Origin: Ylistrum balloti | Taxonomy: Eukaryota | Length of the DNA stretch: 64,000 nt | NCBI RefSeq assembly: GCF_031769215.1 | Contig: NW_026782320.1 | Coordinates: 62,001-126,000, forward strand | Reading direction: 5' to 3' | The notes under the pieces: model-generated | Told to the model about the DNA's origin: nothing | Database searches by the model: none | The model's input: only the letters and a program-made list of their open reading frames with translations | Shown here: piece by piece, positions 24,386-37,710 of the stretch | Position numbering within the stretch: position 1 is the first letter of the stretch | How the letters are laid out: each line of letters opens with the position of its first letter | Translations under genes and position numbers: made by a program

Positions 24386-27300
24386 ATGGATATCTCTATA
24401 CATTTTTCAGAGGCCTTCAGAAAGAAGCCGGACTCATTGGAAACTGGGAAAAACAATGTTGATATGAATCCAAGGAATATTGCAAGGGATGTTTCCAATC
24501 CAGCAATTTTTGTTGCACTTGTCTCGAAGAGAGAATTTTCCAACTCTGGTAAAAGGAAGAAAACCAAAAGAGTATATGACTCAAAACATCCATGTGCTTT
24601 CTGTGACAAAATTGTCAGCAATTTTTCACATCACATCTTAACAAAAAGCCATGAACAAGAAGATGAAGTCAAGTTGATCAAAGAAGAAGGAGATGAAAAA
24701 TCACGGAAGAAACTTATCACTAAACTTCGTCTTAAAAGCCGAAAAAGGAGAGATTTTTCTACTGAGGAGATCACATTCTGTTGTTGGGGAAATGGAGGAA
24801 CATAATGAGACAGATGAGGAAGATGATGATCTTAAGCAAAATTTGGATATAGGAAAGTATGGTCCATGTCCAAAGTGCCTTGGATGGATTCTGCAGAAGT
24901 CAATTAAACGCCACATGAAAACCTGTACTTCAGACCTTCCGTTGACTGGTTCAAAAGGCTCTTTGATCCTTCAGTCTGACATTTTATTAGGGAAAATACC
25001 TGATGGTGCTTCCCAGGCTTTGACCCTGGAGGTTTTTCCAATCATGCAAGTCGATGAAGTGTCTGATGTTGCAAAGAATGATGGACTAATTATTGGTTTA
25101 GGAAACCAATGGATGATGAGAAAACGTGGGAATCAAATAATGAGAAAGTACTACACAAGTTCCACTATGAGACTTTCTGCAAAAATGAAGATGGGATGTC
25201 AGGCATTAACAAAAAACTCCACAGCAACTATGGATAATTTCTTAAAGCCAAGTTGCTTTGATCATGTATTGAAAGCATCTTTAAATTGCTGCAATGTTGA
25301 TGAGATATGTTGATGAGATGGATGAAGAAAATTTGAATGCACCAAGTAACGCAATAAAATTAGGACATGACATCAAAAGAATGTTATCAGCAAAATTGGC
25401 ATAGTCGATTCGGAATGGTGATGAAAGGAAAATGAAAGAAGCAGAAGAGTTCAAGAAGTTAATGGAGATCGAATGGGGTTTGCGTGTAGCAAAATTAGCA
25501 AGATCACTACTAGCAGAAAGGTCTTTCAACAGTGAACGTAAGCTTCCACTTCCAGAGGATGTAAAGAAGTTGGCATCCTTCCTTCAAGGAGAAATCAATG
25601 ATCTACAGTTGGACGACACCTCCTTCTCAAATTTCAAGAAAGCTGCCATTCTTTCTTTAGCAAGGATCACACTCTTTAACCGAAGAAGATGCCATGAAGT
25701 CCAAGCTATGAAGTAATTTCCATTACATTATTCTATCTCTCTTTAAAGTGTGGAAATATAAGGGTTTGCTTGATAAAGTGCAGTCTCTGAAAAAATGCTC
25801 ATGACTATTTCAGAATTAATATGATCGGAGGGGAATTTGACACTATTTTATTGACTTGTAATACATTATTTTTTTGTTTTGTTATTGGAATCAGGGATTA
25901 ATTGTAAAATCTGCTATTAAAATGGAGTTCCTGACTAATTTCACTGCAACTTGCAACAATCTGTACAGAGTCCCCTCTACAGCTTTATTTATAAAAGTCA
26001 ATGACCACTTGATGTTGTTTTGTTTCATTATCTTTATTTTGATACTTATTTTAACAGGCTGACATCTTATGCGGCACGTAAAACTGGTATTGATTCAGTG
26101 GGTGAAGAGCTGCGAGGGGAACTTACCAAATTTGAGAGCCACTTGCTACATAGTCAAGAAATGGTGGTCATACGTGGAAAGGTATAATTTTGATTATATT
26201 ACATTTCTGTATGACAGAGAAATCTTGAAATGTAATTTTTGATTTTATTATTTAACTTTTCAATGCACTATGGTGTCTTGAAGTTACAGTTTAAGTTACA
26301 GAAATATGCCGTGGCATCTGCTTAACATGCAGACTTCTTAATCCAAATAGCACACATTCATAATTTGGTTCCATATATTTTGAATATAAAAGGAGGCACA
26401 AAGATATATTTTGAGGTCTTGACTTCATGTTTCAACTGTATTTGTTCCAAGACCCTTTCATCGTTATGTTTTTTCTCAATCAGACTGGTAGAGGGGTACC
26501 GGTTATTCTCCCACGAGATGTGAAAGAATCCCTTTGCTTCCTAGCTGACCCCAATGTCCGAAGACAGGCTGGAATCCAATCAAACAACGAATACATGTTT
26601 GCTAATGCTGGTAAGTTGTATATGCTTCAGTTCAATAGACAAAAATGATATTGGAGTGGACATCAGATTTGATTAAAAAGTCAATAATAGAAATAATGGT
26701 GGAATGTTAATTACATTATTTATACACAAATTGGTAATAGAAGACAAGGCATATCAGCAATATTAATGGAGACTAAACATTGATGATCATTTTGTAAAAT
26801 TTTGGATTTCCATAAATTTTATAAATCAGATTTATAGAAAAACAGCAATTAAGCAAGAGTTGTCATCTACAAGCAAATAGTGTAAGGAAGTATTTTTGAA
26901 AGGCTGTTTAAACTTTTCAGAGTTTTGTTTTTTTCTTTTGATATTTTTACATGATAATTGAAAATGTAAATTCTAGGTGCAGGTGTCTTCAGAGCATATG
27001 ACTCAATTCGTGAGGTGACTCGTGATCCAAAGGCAGGCTTGTTGTCACCAGATCTCATAAGAAGATCTAACATGAGAAAATATATGGCAACAATGGTGCA
27101 GGTAAAATGTTATGGGCTGCTGATACTGTTTATTGACATTTAATGTTAGAAAATAGAAAAAAATGTCTTCCTTTTGTTTTAGAGATGAGTTTTTAATTAA
27201 TCAGAACAATTTCCTTGCTAGTTTCATTTTAATTATTATTATCTTTCTCATGCTAAAGAGGTAGAATTCTTTACTTTTCTTAATAACAGCAGTTCACCAA

Positions 27301-28470
27301 ATCATCTGCAATATCTTGATTAAAACCCCTCTATGCTTTTGTAACATAATAATTTGGACACAATAAAATTGAATGATAGAAAATATAAAGTGATCATCAG
27401 AGCATATGATCTGCAGTTTTTCATTATTGTAATTAAAACCAGGAAACCTCTCATTATAATAGGGAATGTGCCCCACTTTCTACAATTTCTATATGTAGCA
27501 AATGGCTTTTTATTTTGTTAGTTTGGTAGTGATATAAAATGTGCATTAACATTTGTTTTTGTAGGCCATGAGTACAGATGATACCGAAAAGCAGTGGATT
27601 ATTGATCATTTAGGGCACACCATGAATGTGCACACCGTGCATTACCGACAAACTTCTGATGTCCTTGAAAGAGTTGACATTGCAAAGATCTTACTGATTC
27701 AAGATTTTGGACTAGTTGGGCAGTTTCGGGGGAAAAAATTACAGGAAATACAGTTAGATGGTAAGTGTCTATGGAAGGTATGATAAAGCTTTTTTTCTGA
27801 AATTATTGTTATAAGACGTAGGGTTTTCTGTAAGTAGCTGGATGGTACTAAACTGAAATAATGGAGGATCACATCATAGGACTTAAAGCCAAGTTAGATG
27901 TACAGGGTGATCTTGGTCCCATCTATCTCAGAAACAAAGCCATCAAGAAGTGATAATAAAATTCATAAACCTTTGATCTTCCTGTTACGTAACAACTGTG
28001 CAAATGTACTTATCAACCTCTCATTCATAAAGAAAGGCAGTAAGACGAGATACATGAAGTAAAGGTTTTTGATAATTTTGCTTTACTTATAGATATTATG
28101 GAGGTCACACAGGACAGAGCATGTGACAGAGCACAGGATGGAGTCCTGGATCCACACATCCACCCAGAAATTCCTCCAGAACCAGAAAATGTCATTGATG
28201 AAGAGTACATACCAGATCTAGCAGAAATGGATCACCTTGAAGAGGATTGTGAACCTGTCAACAAAATCAGGAAAACGCCACAACTATCCACCAGGCAGAA
28301 ATGGACAGTCGAGGAAGAGAAAGAATTGACTGGGATGCAGACAAATTCCCAGGTCAAAAGAGAATTGAAGAGGTTATGAGATTAAGCAAACAGAAGCAAG
28401 GTACTATCCATCTTCGGAAAAGAGACAATATTTAAAACAAAACTCAGCAACATGATGATCAAAACAAGGA
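24386..28470 (+). pseudogene. Intron-containing tyrosine recombinase (Crypton-like, family unassigned), YR1
   Basis: Exons about 24410-25712, 26058-26181, 26484-26610, 26977-27101, 27565-27760, 28093 onward; motifs LFNRRRCHEV (R), IRGK, NMRKYMAT, HLGHTMNVHTVHY (H..Y); N-terminal Cys/His motifs; 13-bp duplication 25294-25319, a deletion near 24736, TAG near 25401. Confidence 0.8.
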
Positions 28471-28539
28471 AGTCAAACCACAGAGAGTATGGGACACATA
28501 TTGTGATACCAGGTGTCAAAATAAACCTTAAAGGTTTTG

Positions 28540-29220
28540 ATCCAATGGGACGATTTTTTTGTTATATTAGTTGTCCAGATAATTCTTTCACAAGTGACTA
28601 TAAATGAACATTTATCATGAAAAAGATTTCTAAAATCTTAAGACTTGAATTAAGAGTTTTTGTCATATTAATTGTCAACTTTATGGCAAGTAAATAATCA
28701 GAAAATGTCTTATAAGATGTTAAAAAACCTCAAAGGTTAGATTCATTTGACATGCTTTAGGTATTTTATTTGTAAAGTTGATTCCCTCACAACTGAGTAA
28801 TGATAAAATAATTTCATATTATAATACAAGATTTCAGTTATATCAGTTGTCCAGGTGATTCTTTTGTAAGTAAATTATCTAAAGAAACATGATACGATAC
28901 AAGATGGCAAAAAACCTTGAAATTTGGATTCATTTGACAGGTGTATGTGTTTGTTTAGTTTTCAAGTTGATTCTCTCACAATTGTATAATTAAAAATAAT
29001 GTATTATGATACCTGATGTCATAAAAAAAACGTATGAAAATCATTTGACATCTTTCGTTATTTTAATTTTAGTTGTAAAGTCGATTCTCTCACAACTGAG
29101 ATGGAAAATAATGTATTATAATATAAGGTCTCAAAAAACCAAGCTTGGATTCATTGGATAAGTTTTTGTTATATAAGTTCTCAAGTGTTTCTTTCACAAG
29201 TGAATTGTCAAAAATATTCA
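28540..29220. repeat. Degenerate AT-rich tandem repeats downstream of YR1
   Basis: TCATTTGACA...AAGT(T/C)GATTC(C/T)CTCACAA(C/T)TG...AAAATAAT recurring near 28740, 28930 and 29040. Confidence 0.5.
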
Positions 29221-29789
29221 AGATGTCAAGACCTTATTGAAAAGTTGGACTCTTTTGGTGAGTTGTGAAAATAAAACCTCAAGCTTATGACTTTCTGTTG
29301 TTGTATATCAAGAAGAAAGTTGGCAATTACATGTACAGTGTACGTCAACATAAAAACGGAAATTAGATAATGGAGGAAAAAGCTGTGTCTCAAGGTCCTG
29401 TGGTTTATTTCTTCATTTATATACAAGAACAAATACTGCAATTATCCTTTATTGGGATTTGTCAGCCCCTCCTATTGATGTAGTTTTACCTCGAGAATTT
29501 TAATGCTGCCAAAAAGGAATTTATTTTGGGATAATGACAGAAAATTCTCGAGGTAAAACTACATCAATAGGATGAAAACGAAAATTTATGGACTGAATGA
29601 AAAATATGTTGGAATTGACTCATATCAGTCTTTAGGAAATGACAATATATGCATTGGAGAAAAAATGGGGAAGTCTGTCAAGGATTTAACAAGAGAAACA
29701 TTGTTGGATGACATCTTTACTTCAATAAAACTACCCAACTTAAACGAACATCCTTTGTTAGGTACTATCCATAATGCTGGGGTAGGATT

Positions 29790-30525
29790 TTATGTAACAC
29801 TTTGAGGTTGACCATGTTGGCATTATTTCTGTCCATAACCACTGTGGGGTAGCTTTCTAAGTAACTGTGGGATTGTTTCTGTCCATTATTACTGTGGGGT
29901 AGCTTTCTATCTATTACACGGGGTACCATTCTACACAACATTGTGGGGTTGTTTTGTCCATTACCACTGTGAGGTAGCTTTCTATGTAAATTGTTGGGTT
30001 GTTTCTTTCCATTACAATAAATAAAACATTGTGGGGTTGTTTTGTCCATGACACTGTAGGGTACCATTCTACACAACATTGCGGGGTTGTTTCTGTCCAT
30101 TACCACTGTGGGGTAGCTTCTTTCCGTTATAAGTATAACTTTAAATAAAACATTGTGAGGTTGCTTCTGTCCATTACCACTGTGAGGTAGCTTTCTATGT
30201 AAATTGTGGGGTTGTTTCTTTCCATTACAAGTATAACTTTAAATAAAACATTGTGGGGTTGTTTCTGTCCATTACCACTGTGGGGTAGCTTTCTATCTGT
30301 TACACGGGGTACCATTCTACACAACATTGTGGGGTTGTTTTGTCCATTACACGATGGGGTACCATTCTACACAACATTGTGGGGTTGTTTTGTCCATGAC
30401 ACTGTAGGGTACCATTCTACACAACTTTATGAGGTTGTTTCTGTCCATTACACTGTGGGGTACCATTCTACACAACATTGTGGGGTTGTTTCTGTCCGCA
30501 ACATTGTGGGGTCTTCCCAACCCCA
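29790..30525. repeat. Minisatellite built on CA(T/C)TGTGGGG, with GTTGTTT(C/T)TGTCCATT and GGGTACCATTCTACACAA blocks
   Basis: Numerous copies at about 20-45 bp spacing; inverted copies CCCCACAATG and CCCCACAGTG follow near 30560-30600. Confidence 0.8.
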
Positions 30526-30989
30526 GAATGTAGCTCTCATCTGAATTCCTAATGCTTCCCCACAATGACATTTTGAGCAGGATCGAAACCCCACAGTGAA
30601 TGTCTAAGTCAACAACCCCATTATGTACCTCTCGTATGTACGTCCGCTTAAGATCGTCAGCACTCTAGTGGCATTGTTCTTATATGGATTTCCATCAAAC
30701 TGCACACACATGTACAGAATTGAAATATCTTGGACAAGTTTGAGTTTCAAAGTCGTGGGGTCAAGGTCACTGTTACTATTTTTTGGAAAATTGCATCTAA
30801 AGAATTTGGGGGCCGGAAGGGGACATGTATTGCTTCAGAAATACTCAGTATGCTTGTTGTATTTTGTCAATATGGAGTAGTTTGACGCCAACATTTGTCT
30901 AGGTAAGCTACTGTAACATCTCTACATATTTAAATGTATATATCAGAATAAGAGTAATAAGTACAATGAAATTAACAACTATATTTACA

Positions 30990-31180
30990 GGTGACACTGA
31001 AAGTACAGGTAACATGCAAGAAGATTTTTTCTTCTTGAGAAAGAGAAGTTCAAGTATTTGAAAGAGTATAAAGAAAAGAAAATCAAGCTGCAGGAGAAAT
31101 CACTGGAGCAGCAGGAGGACATGCTACAGCTACAGAGGAAATCTACAACTGCACTTGAATTACTAGATGTGAAAATTTAG
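30990..31180 (+). pseudogene. Coiled-coil 3' exon, probable C-terminus of a Harbinger Myb-like partner gene
   Basis: After acceptor TTTACAG; KEYKEKKIKLQEKSLEQQEDMLQLQRKSTTALELL; convergent with the Harbinger transposase. Confidence 0.4.
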
Positions 31181-31289
31181 CCTGGACAGTCATTTGATTT
31201 TCAATCATTCATATCCCCATTTTCAGTTTCCCTGTTATTGGTTTTGGCAAATGAGAAAATTGTTATAGCATTTTTTAGCAGATAGTTGG

Positions 31290-32490
31290 CTATTCAATAA
31301 ATATCGCCATCTTTTCCCCTCCTTGGTATGCAATGTTGTTGTTGTACAGGTGTACTACTGGCCCATCTGCACCCAAAGGGATTCTTTCGTTGATGGCTTT
31401 ATTGTGCAGTCTAAAGCAGCACTCAATTATCCTGATGCTCTTTGCTGGCCTAAATTGCAGGCATCCTCCTGTTTTGTGCAAACATCTGTGAAAAAAATAT
31501 CAATTTCTTACGGGTATGAAAAGTATGACTTATGGTGAATCAATTAATGCTATCTTGCTTTAAAGAAGTTTAAAATCATTGTACAGCTTAACATTCTTCA
31601 AAGCAATAAAGGATACAAAGGAAAAGAGGCTCAATGGGTCTGTATCGTTCATCTGCACTTTAAATTAATTTAATTCATTTACTCCATTTGAGCAAACTTG
31701 GTAACCCTTTATACCAGCATACTGTGACACACACCCAATATCTTTAGGTAATTAAGAAATCATTTGAATGGAAAAGTTGGACAGATGCCGCACCACGACA
31801 TTTGCTCCCTGACACTTAACCATTATTTTTTTGCATAATTTATTCCATAGAATTGTATTTCTTTATCCTGAATATACCTGAACCTGCTCTTAATCACTCC
31901 AAAGGCTCTTTCCACAGTGTTCCTAGTAGAGCAGTGAGCTTTGTTGTATCTCTCTTCCTGTGGATTCCCTGTGGCACCAAAAGGAGTCAACAACCATCTT
32001 TTTAAAGGATACCCCGAGTCTCCCAAGAGCCAACCATTCATGTTTTCCATTATATTTCGTAGACCAGAAAAATGAAAGCCTCATGGGTTGCTCCAAGCCA
32101 CCTAACCACAATGTTGGTAAAACTGTAAAAAAAAAGTACTAAATTAAATACAGTGTATTACTAAATCAAATTCATGTATGGTCAAACTTTACCCCTTTAG
32201 TCCCCACTACTAAGTATCTGTGGGATGAGGAGCATATAATTCCCAATTTTGTTGGACCTTTGCCTAAGGAAGGTTTTTGTAATAGTTAATCAAAATCGGT
32301 GCAATGTTTTTTGAGAAGTATAAAATGTAGAAAGTTTATGATGCAGAACAGTCGGACACTGGACATGCAAACTTACCGAAGATTGGCATCCACAACTCCC
32401 TGCACATTGATAGCTGGGATTCGTTTACGACAGATGAAGTTCGGTTCTTCTTCCCCAGACATTCCTTAGTGTTATATACACCTATATGAC
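31290..32490 (-). pseudogene. Harbinger (HARBI1-like) transposase, 3' part, 3 exons
   Basis: RKRIPAINVQGVVDANL (exon ending 32377); LLGDSGYPLKRWLLTP, RNTVERAFGVIKSRFR (ending 31878); CLHKTGGCLQF...CCFRLHN (31485-31290). Confidence 0.85.
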
Positions 32491-33824
32491 TGGTCAGGTT
32501 GTTTCAGATTATTTTGTTCATTCCGGATATTTGACCCAGTGTCCGGGTCCTTTTGTTTATATGTTTATTATTATTATGTTGATTTCCGGTTGATTAAACG
32601 GCGGTAACCGCATGGTAATGGAAATGGTCTTTTTGTGTGTTTTAACCTCTCACAAGCCAAGCACCGTGTATTCCCCAACACCACCCACAACATTGGATAG
32701 GTATCTGCGTACCATCAATGGACCCCACAACATTAGGGAAGCTAGCTATGTTATAAAATCCATCTTTGACTCTGTTCAGATCATCATTTGATGTTGTCAA
32801 GTTTATCACAAAGAGCTGAACAAACAGAATAGATGATCTTGGATACTAATGCTATGGATATTCCATGGAGGTCACCAACCTCCGACAGGAATTCTCCCTT
32901 TGCCAAAAAGCGCAAAATTTTGTAAATGAATAAAATATCTTCTGATATCAGAAAATTATAGTCACAAAATTTTCAGGCAATGAATTTCTGAATTCCTAAT
33001 TAAAACATTCAATGAAAAAAAAACTCCGATGTTTAATTATTTGATGAATTTTTATTGCAGAAAATAGGTAATAAATACTGAAATGGCACCCACAAATATT
33101 ATTGTCATGATTGTTAGCATATGTATACAGGAGAAACGGAAGAAAAAAGTAACTTTTCACTTAAGGGTAATATCGATCGTAAGAATTTTTGTGAAAAGCT
33201 GCACTGAACTGTAATGTCCTGTAGTGATCGGTGTGCTCGGTCTAGTCGCTATATGTTGGTTAGTCTGTCTCGTACGCAAAAGTCGATTAATACGACGTCT
33301 GTCTGTGCGTCTCTTCGTTAATACAACATGTAAACAGCCACAACGTTTGGCTCTGGTGTTTTGTTTAAATACAGGAACTGCACACTACAGAGGTCTTACT
33401 TCTCAATGCCCAACCAACCGATATCTATGGCAACATACAGAAACCCACAACTGAAAAAGTGTCCGATTTGACCTGTAAATTGCGGCCCATTTGATCTCAA
33501 GTTACCAGCTTTTCGATAGGCTTTAAGTTATACTAATTTATGTCAATCTGTCCTCAAGATACGAACTGTGATTGGATTTGATGACATAACGCCTGACACA
33601 TAGATATCATCAAGTTTTTACTTGTTGGAATAGACACCGCAATTGTGACGAAGTAACTGAAGAAGAGAGTATATTTCGACCACATTCACTCCAGGCTACC
33701 CTAGCGTGGGCAGTACTGTTGAAATGACGAATTGTCTCAACCTGGTTGATGCATATGTATTCCATAAAAATGATCCGTGTGATAATCCTATTCAAAGATA
33801 TAACTCAAATACAGCTATGACACA

Positions 33825-34054
33825 TTATCGCTTCATCATGATGTTTGTGATATAAACATGGGAGGTGCAAGGTTTTGGTATCAGCATGATGATGACCCTT
33901 GTTGTGACGAATGCAGACCGAGAGGGAAGAAATGAGAAACACATTACGGAATTATTTAAGAGTTTCACAAACCTCTGAGAAAAGGATAACTTTAAGGACA
34001 ACCTCTTTACAACTTGGGGTGGAGGAATTGTAGAAGAGGTGGGAGGCAACATTA
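33825..34054 (-). pseudogene. Old Gypsy gag remnant, 3' piece (left of the young LTR element)
   Basis: Continues in frame from 41593-41700 once the LTR element and one ATTA are removed. Confidence 0.55.
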
Positions 34055-34990
34055 TGTAACGAACGACGTCTCGCGACCCGCTAGTGGCCGCACCGCGGAC
34101 GTCACCTCTGTAGTTACAATAATAAAAGTGCCCAATGGGTTCGACTGCCGCTTTCGCTTGCAGATTTCACAAACAAATTTCGACCAAGTACTGGCAATAA
34201 TGACGAGAAGAATTAAACAGATTCAACAATTTATTATATATTTTACAAGAGTAAAGTTTAGCATGAAAGACATTTAACCGGCTCAGTGAGTGTTTCTAAT
34301 TAACCCTAACAATGTACAGAAGCCACCTGAAATAAACTTTTACCTAAACTAACTATCAGGCAGGAACCAATGTCGTGGTTGTCGAAATTCTCTAGCTAAA
34401 TTAACTCTCGGCCCACGGAATCTGACACCGTTCCTGGGGGCGAGTCTCAAACCTCGCCGAACGGACAAATCTCCGCCACGTGACCGACTCCAAATTTACA
34501 AAGTCCAACTCAACACTACCGCCTTCTCCTACGTTCGTCTTGGCAAGGGGGGCACACAAAAATCAGCCTCACCGAACGGGAGAAAACTACTCCCCGAGAA
34601 TACCAATTCTCGAATTATCCACTATTTAACAAAATTTCAACAGCTAGCGAACGTTCCCCTCAATCACGACACAAGGTTCCAGCCAAAACTTAAGTCCGCA
34701 TAAATCGAAAAATATACCAAAATACACGGTCGGAAATCAAACCTATCGGGTTGTAGGTGGCAACTGATGTTTAGTAAACCATTTTATAACATTTTAGGGA
34801 AGAGATGGGCGCTGACAACACAAAAATCTAACAGATTACCCTGCCCGAATTTCAATACCGACCTATCGTATCTTGGCCTCCAAAGGAAGAGGCTGCGACG
34901 TCACTTTTTCTCCCAGAGTTCCTCGCTTCCTCGGACAGGGTTGTACTAAATTCCGGAAAAACGACACGAAGCGACCCACGCGTCGCTACA
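34055..34990 (-). repeat. 3' LTR
   Basis: TGTAACGAACG...GTCGCTACA, direct repeat of 40655-41592. Confidence 0.95.
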
Positions 34991-35099
34991 CACCCTCCAA
35001 CCACCCGGGCAGGCTACGACCGCGTAGCCGAGACTCAACTTACTGTTTCAAAATCCGTAAAATATTTCTATGTTAAGTAATGGCCTTTGTCCTGGTAAT

Positions 35100-35330
35100 A
35101 TTGACCTTTGGTCCAATGACCTTGGACTCGACTGACTATGACTCATTTCCTCTCAGGATGTCTTACAATTCCACCAGTGAACGACATAAACCTCGACCTT
35201 GACCTTTATTCGGCAATATCGACCTTTGACCTAGTGACCTTGGCTCCTTTACCTCTGATCCTTTCTATCTCATGATGTCTTGCCACAATTCCACCAGTGA
35301 AAGACAAACCCCGACCTTGACCTTTGACCT
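35100..35330 (-). promoter_or_regulatory. Two-copy repeat of about 120 bp carrying AGGTCA direct repeats
   Basis: TGACCTTTGACCT at 35318-35330 (perfect DR1), CGACCTTTGACCT at 35220, TGACCTTTGGTCC at 35102. Confidence 0.45.
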
Positions 35331-36239
35331 AGTTAAGGTTTGTCACCCATAATGGTAATGTATCACCAGGCTGGCCAACGATGGTTCCACATGGATTGCT
35401 GTTGAAACAACACGTGGTCCACAGGACAAACCAGGTGGGCCAAAGCCGCCCAAACTTCTCGGAACTGAACTTAAAATTAAAAGATTAGCCATGTGCTATC
35501 AATTGCCACATCCAACTCGACTCACAATAATAATAATAATATTAATAATAATAATGAACTATTGCATTTGATTAAGTACCATCATTTCCTCACTGGCCAA
35601 TAAATTTGAATGACATTTCATGTCTTTACATACAACAAAATTTCACCATTTGAAAATAATACCCAATGGAGGCAGGCCCCTATAGCATGAAGTTTAAAAT
35701 TACAATACAAAAATATTGGCATTATTACACATAATCTCAATTTCCAGATGACTCGGCCCAAGTCTTTATTACTATAATTGCTTGTACAATTTTAAATTAC
35801 AATCTACTAAAGATAAATTGGTTGGTATCTAAATGTCACTTATATAAAGTCTTGCTCAATTGTAATTTAGTTAAGAGTCACAACTGTATGATCAGATTTT
35901 TTTTTTTTTACTTTGGTGCAACTCCTGGAGCGTCAGCAAATAATTATTGCCAAACTTCAACAGTAAGTAATCAATATTACAAATATGTGCTTCCCATAAA
36001 ATAATGGGTCATGACAGTCCTTGTCCTCACATGGTTGTTTGTCTGGAATGTTTAAAGTTCTGGGAAGCACCATAAAATTTATAATTTTAAGCAGATGTTC
36101 TCAAGGTGCAGTTAACTCAGTTTCTGAACACTTTCAATCACAACAACTCCTGATCTCTTCAGGCTGTAGACACAATTTACATTCTCTCCACTGTGAGGAA
36201 AGTTTTTGGCATCCCTAAGCATGTTAAGCATCATTGAGC

Positions 36240-36615
36240 ATTTGCGAGCATCTTTTGAGCATTTTTCCACGAGTAGCACCAGATGTACATGGTAATGGTT
36301 GTTTAAGCACAGATGAGCACAATTGAGCATATTTTAAGCATCTTTGGAGCATTTTTCTATGAGTAGCACCAGATGTACATGGTAATGGTTGTTAAGCACA
36401 GATGAGCACACTTGAGCATATTTTAAGCCTCTTTGGAGCATTTTTCTATGGGTAGCACCCGATGTACATGGTAATAGTTGTTAAGCACAGATGAGCACAC
36501 TTGAGCATATTTTAAGCATCTTTGGAGCATTTTTTTTCTATGAGTAGCACCAGATGTACATGGTAATGGTTGTTTAAGCACAGATGAGCACAATTGAGCA
36601 TATTTTAAACATCTT
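36240..36615. repeat. Tandem repeat, about 90-bp unit, about 4 copies
   Basis: GAGTAGCACC anchors at 36271, 36361, 36450, 36542. Confidence 0.9.
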
Positions 36616-37393
36616 TCTAAGATAAGTGCATAATGTTCATGGTAATCATTCCTAGTGCTTAAGTTACAGATAATTCAGGCTAGCAGCCAATATAACAGTA
36701 CATTATTTGATTAGTATAATTTGAATTGATACACTGTGGGCCATTACTGTCATCTCCAAACAATCGAATTTTTACATTTTTATCTCAACAAGTTTAACTG
36801 GAACCAAGAAAAATATTCAGAGAGTACAGTTACAATTTTACTGTGTACATTACATTATAACAATTTGAACTACAGTTTACAATATAGAAGAACCCGACTA
36901 GTTATGGCTGCTGCTTAATCATTACATTCCATGTTCGAATTTCACTACTGGCTATCATGATGATCATTACTAGTCTATTAGTGGTACCTCAATATTATTA
37001 CCACAGTCGAATGAAAATATATAAATTCATCATTCCAGACTTCAGAAACCCCCCATTTTGAACAGAAATACCCGTATTAGCACTAGTCAGGTTCTTGGCT
37101 AAGGGGCAATACCTCCATAATCACCATCTCCTTGGTGGCAACATGATTTCCTCTCAGAGGTATTTACTTGTATAACAAAAATAAAAATAACAAAAATATA
37201 TGACATATATAAAATTAGCAAACTTGAAAAAAATATTCTGCTCCTCCTCCGGCGGCCAAGAGTTTTTCCCCCCTACCCACAGCTATCACTGGGGAAGCCA
37301 CCCTATACTAACATATGACTAAATTAAGCCGGTCCAGGCATTCGGACACCCTCCCCTATTCTAACTAAATGGCTGTGAATGGTGCTCCGCCCA

Positions 37394-37710
37394 AGTGTTG
37401 GTCGTATCAACTCTAGCCACAAGGACTAGAGCCCCACTCGAAGCCAACCTAACTAACCTACCAGGCCGAATAACCCACCCCATCAATTTTGAACCCTGGG
37501 AGAGTCAAGGCAAGGCTAATCTTGAGTGTTGGTCGTATCAACTCTGGCCACCCAGACCAGCCCCTACCCGGTGACCTCCCTTTCTAACCCAACCAAACTG
37601 TAAACCTATCTAACCTATCAAGCCGAATAACCCACCCTATGAATTTTGACTATGGGGGAGTCAGGACAAGGTTAATCGAAAGTGTTGGTCGTATCAACTC
37701 TGGCCACCCT
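37394..37710. repeat. Three copies of a conserved 26-nt motif with diverged spacers
   Basis: AGTGTTGGTCGTATCAACTCT(A/G)GCCAC at 37394, 37525, 37681; GCCGAATAACCCACCC twice between them. Confidence 0.8.

Noticed and set aside
29765-30571. ORFs across the minisatellite
   Set aside because: Products of repeat periodicity, open on both strands.
34767-34949. 60-aa ORF duplicated at 41369-41551
   Set aside because: Duplicated only because it lies in the LTR; no coding signature.
37394-37710. CRISPR-like or hammerhead repeats
   Set aside because: Spacing of 131-156 nt, related spacers, no hammerhead catalytic core.
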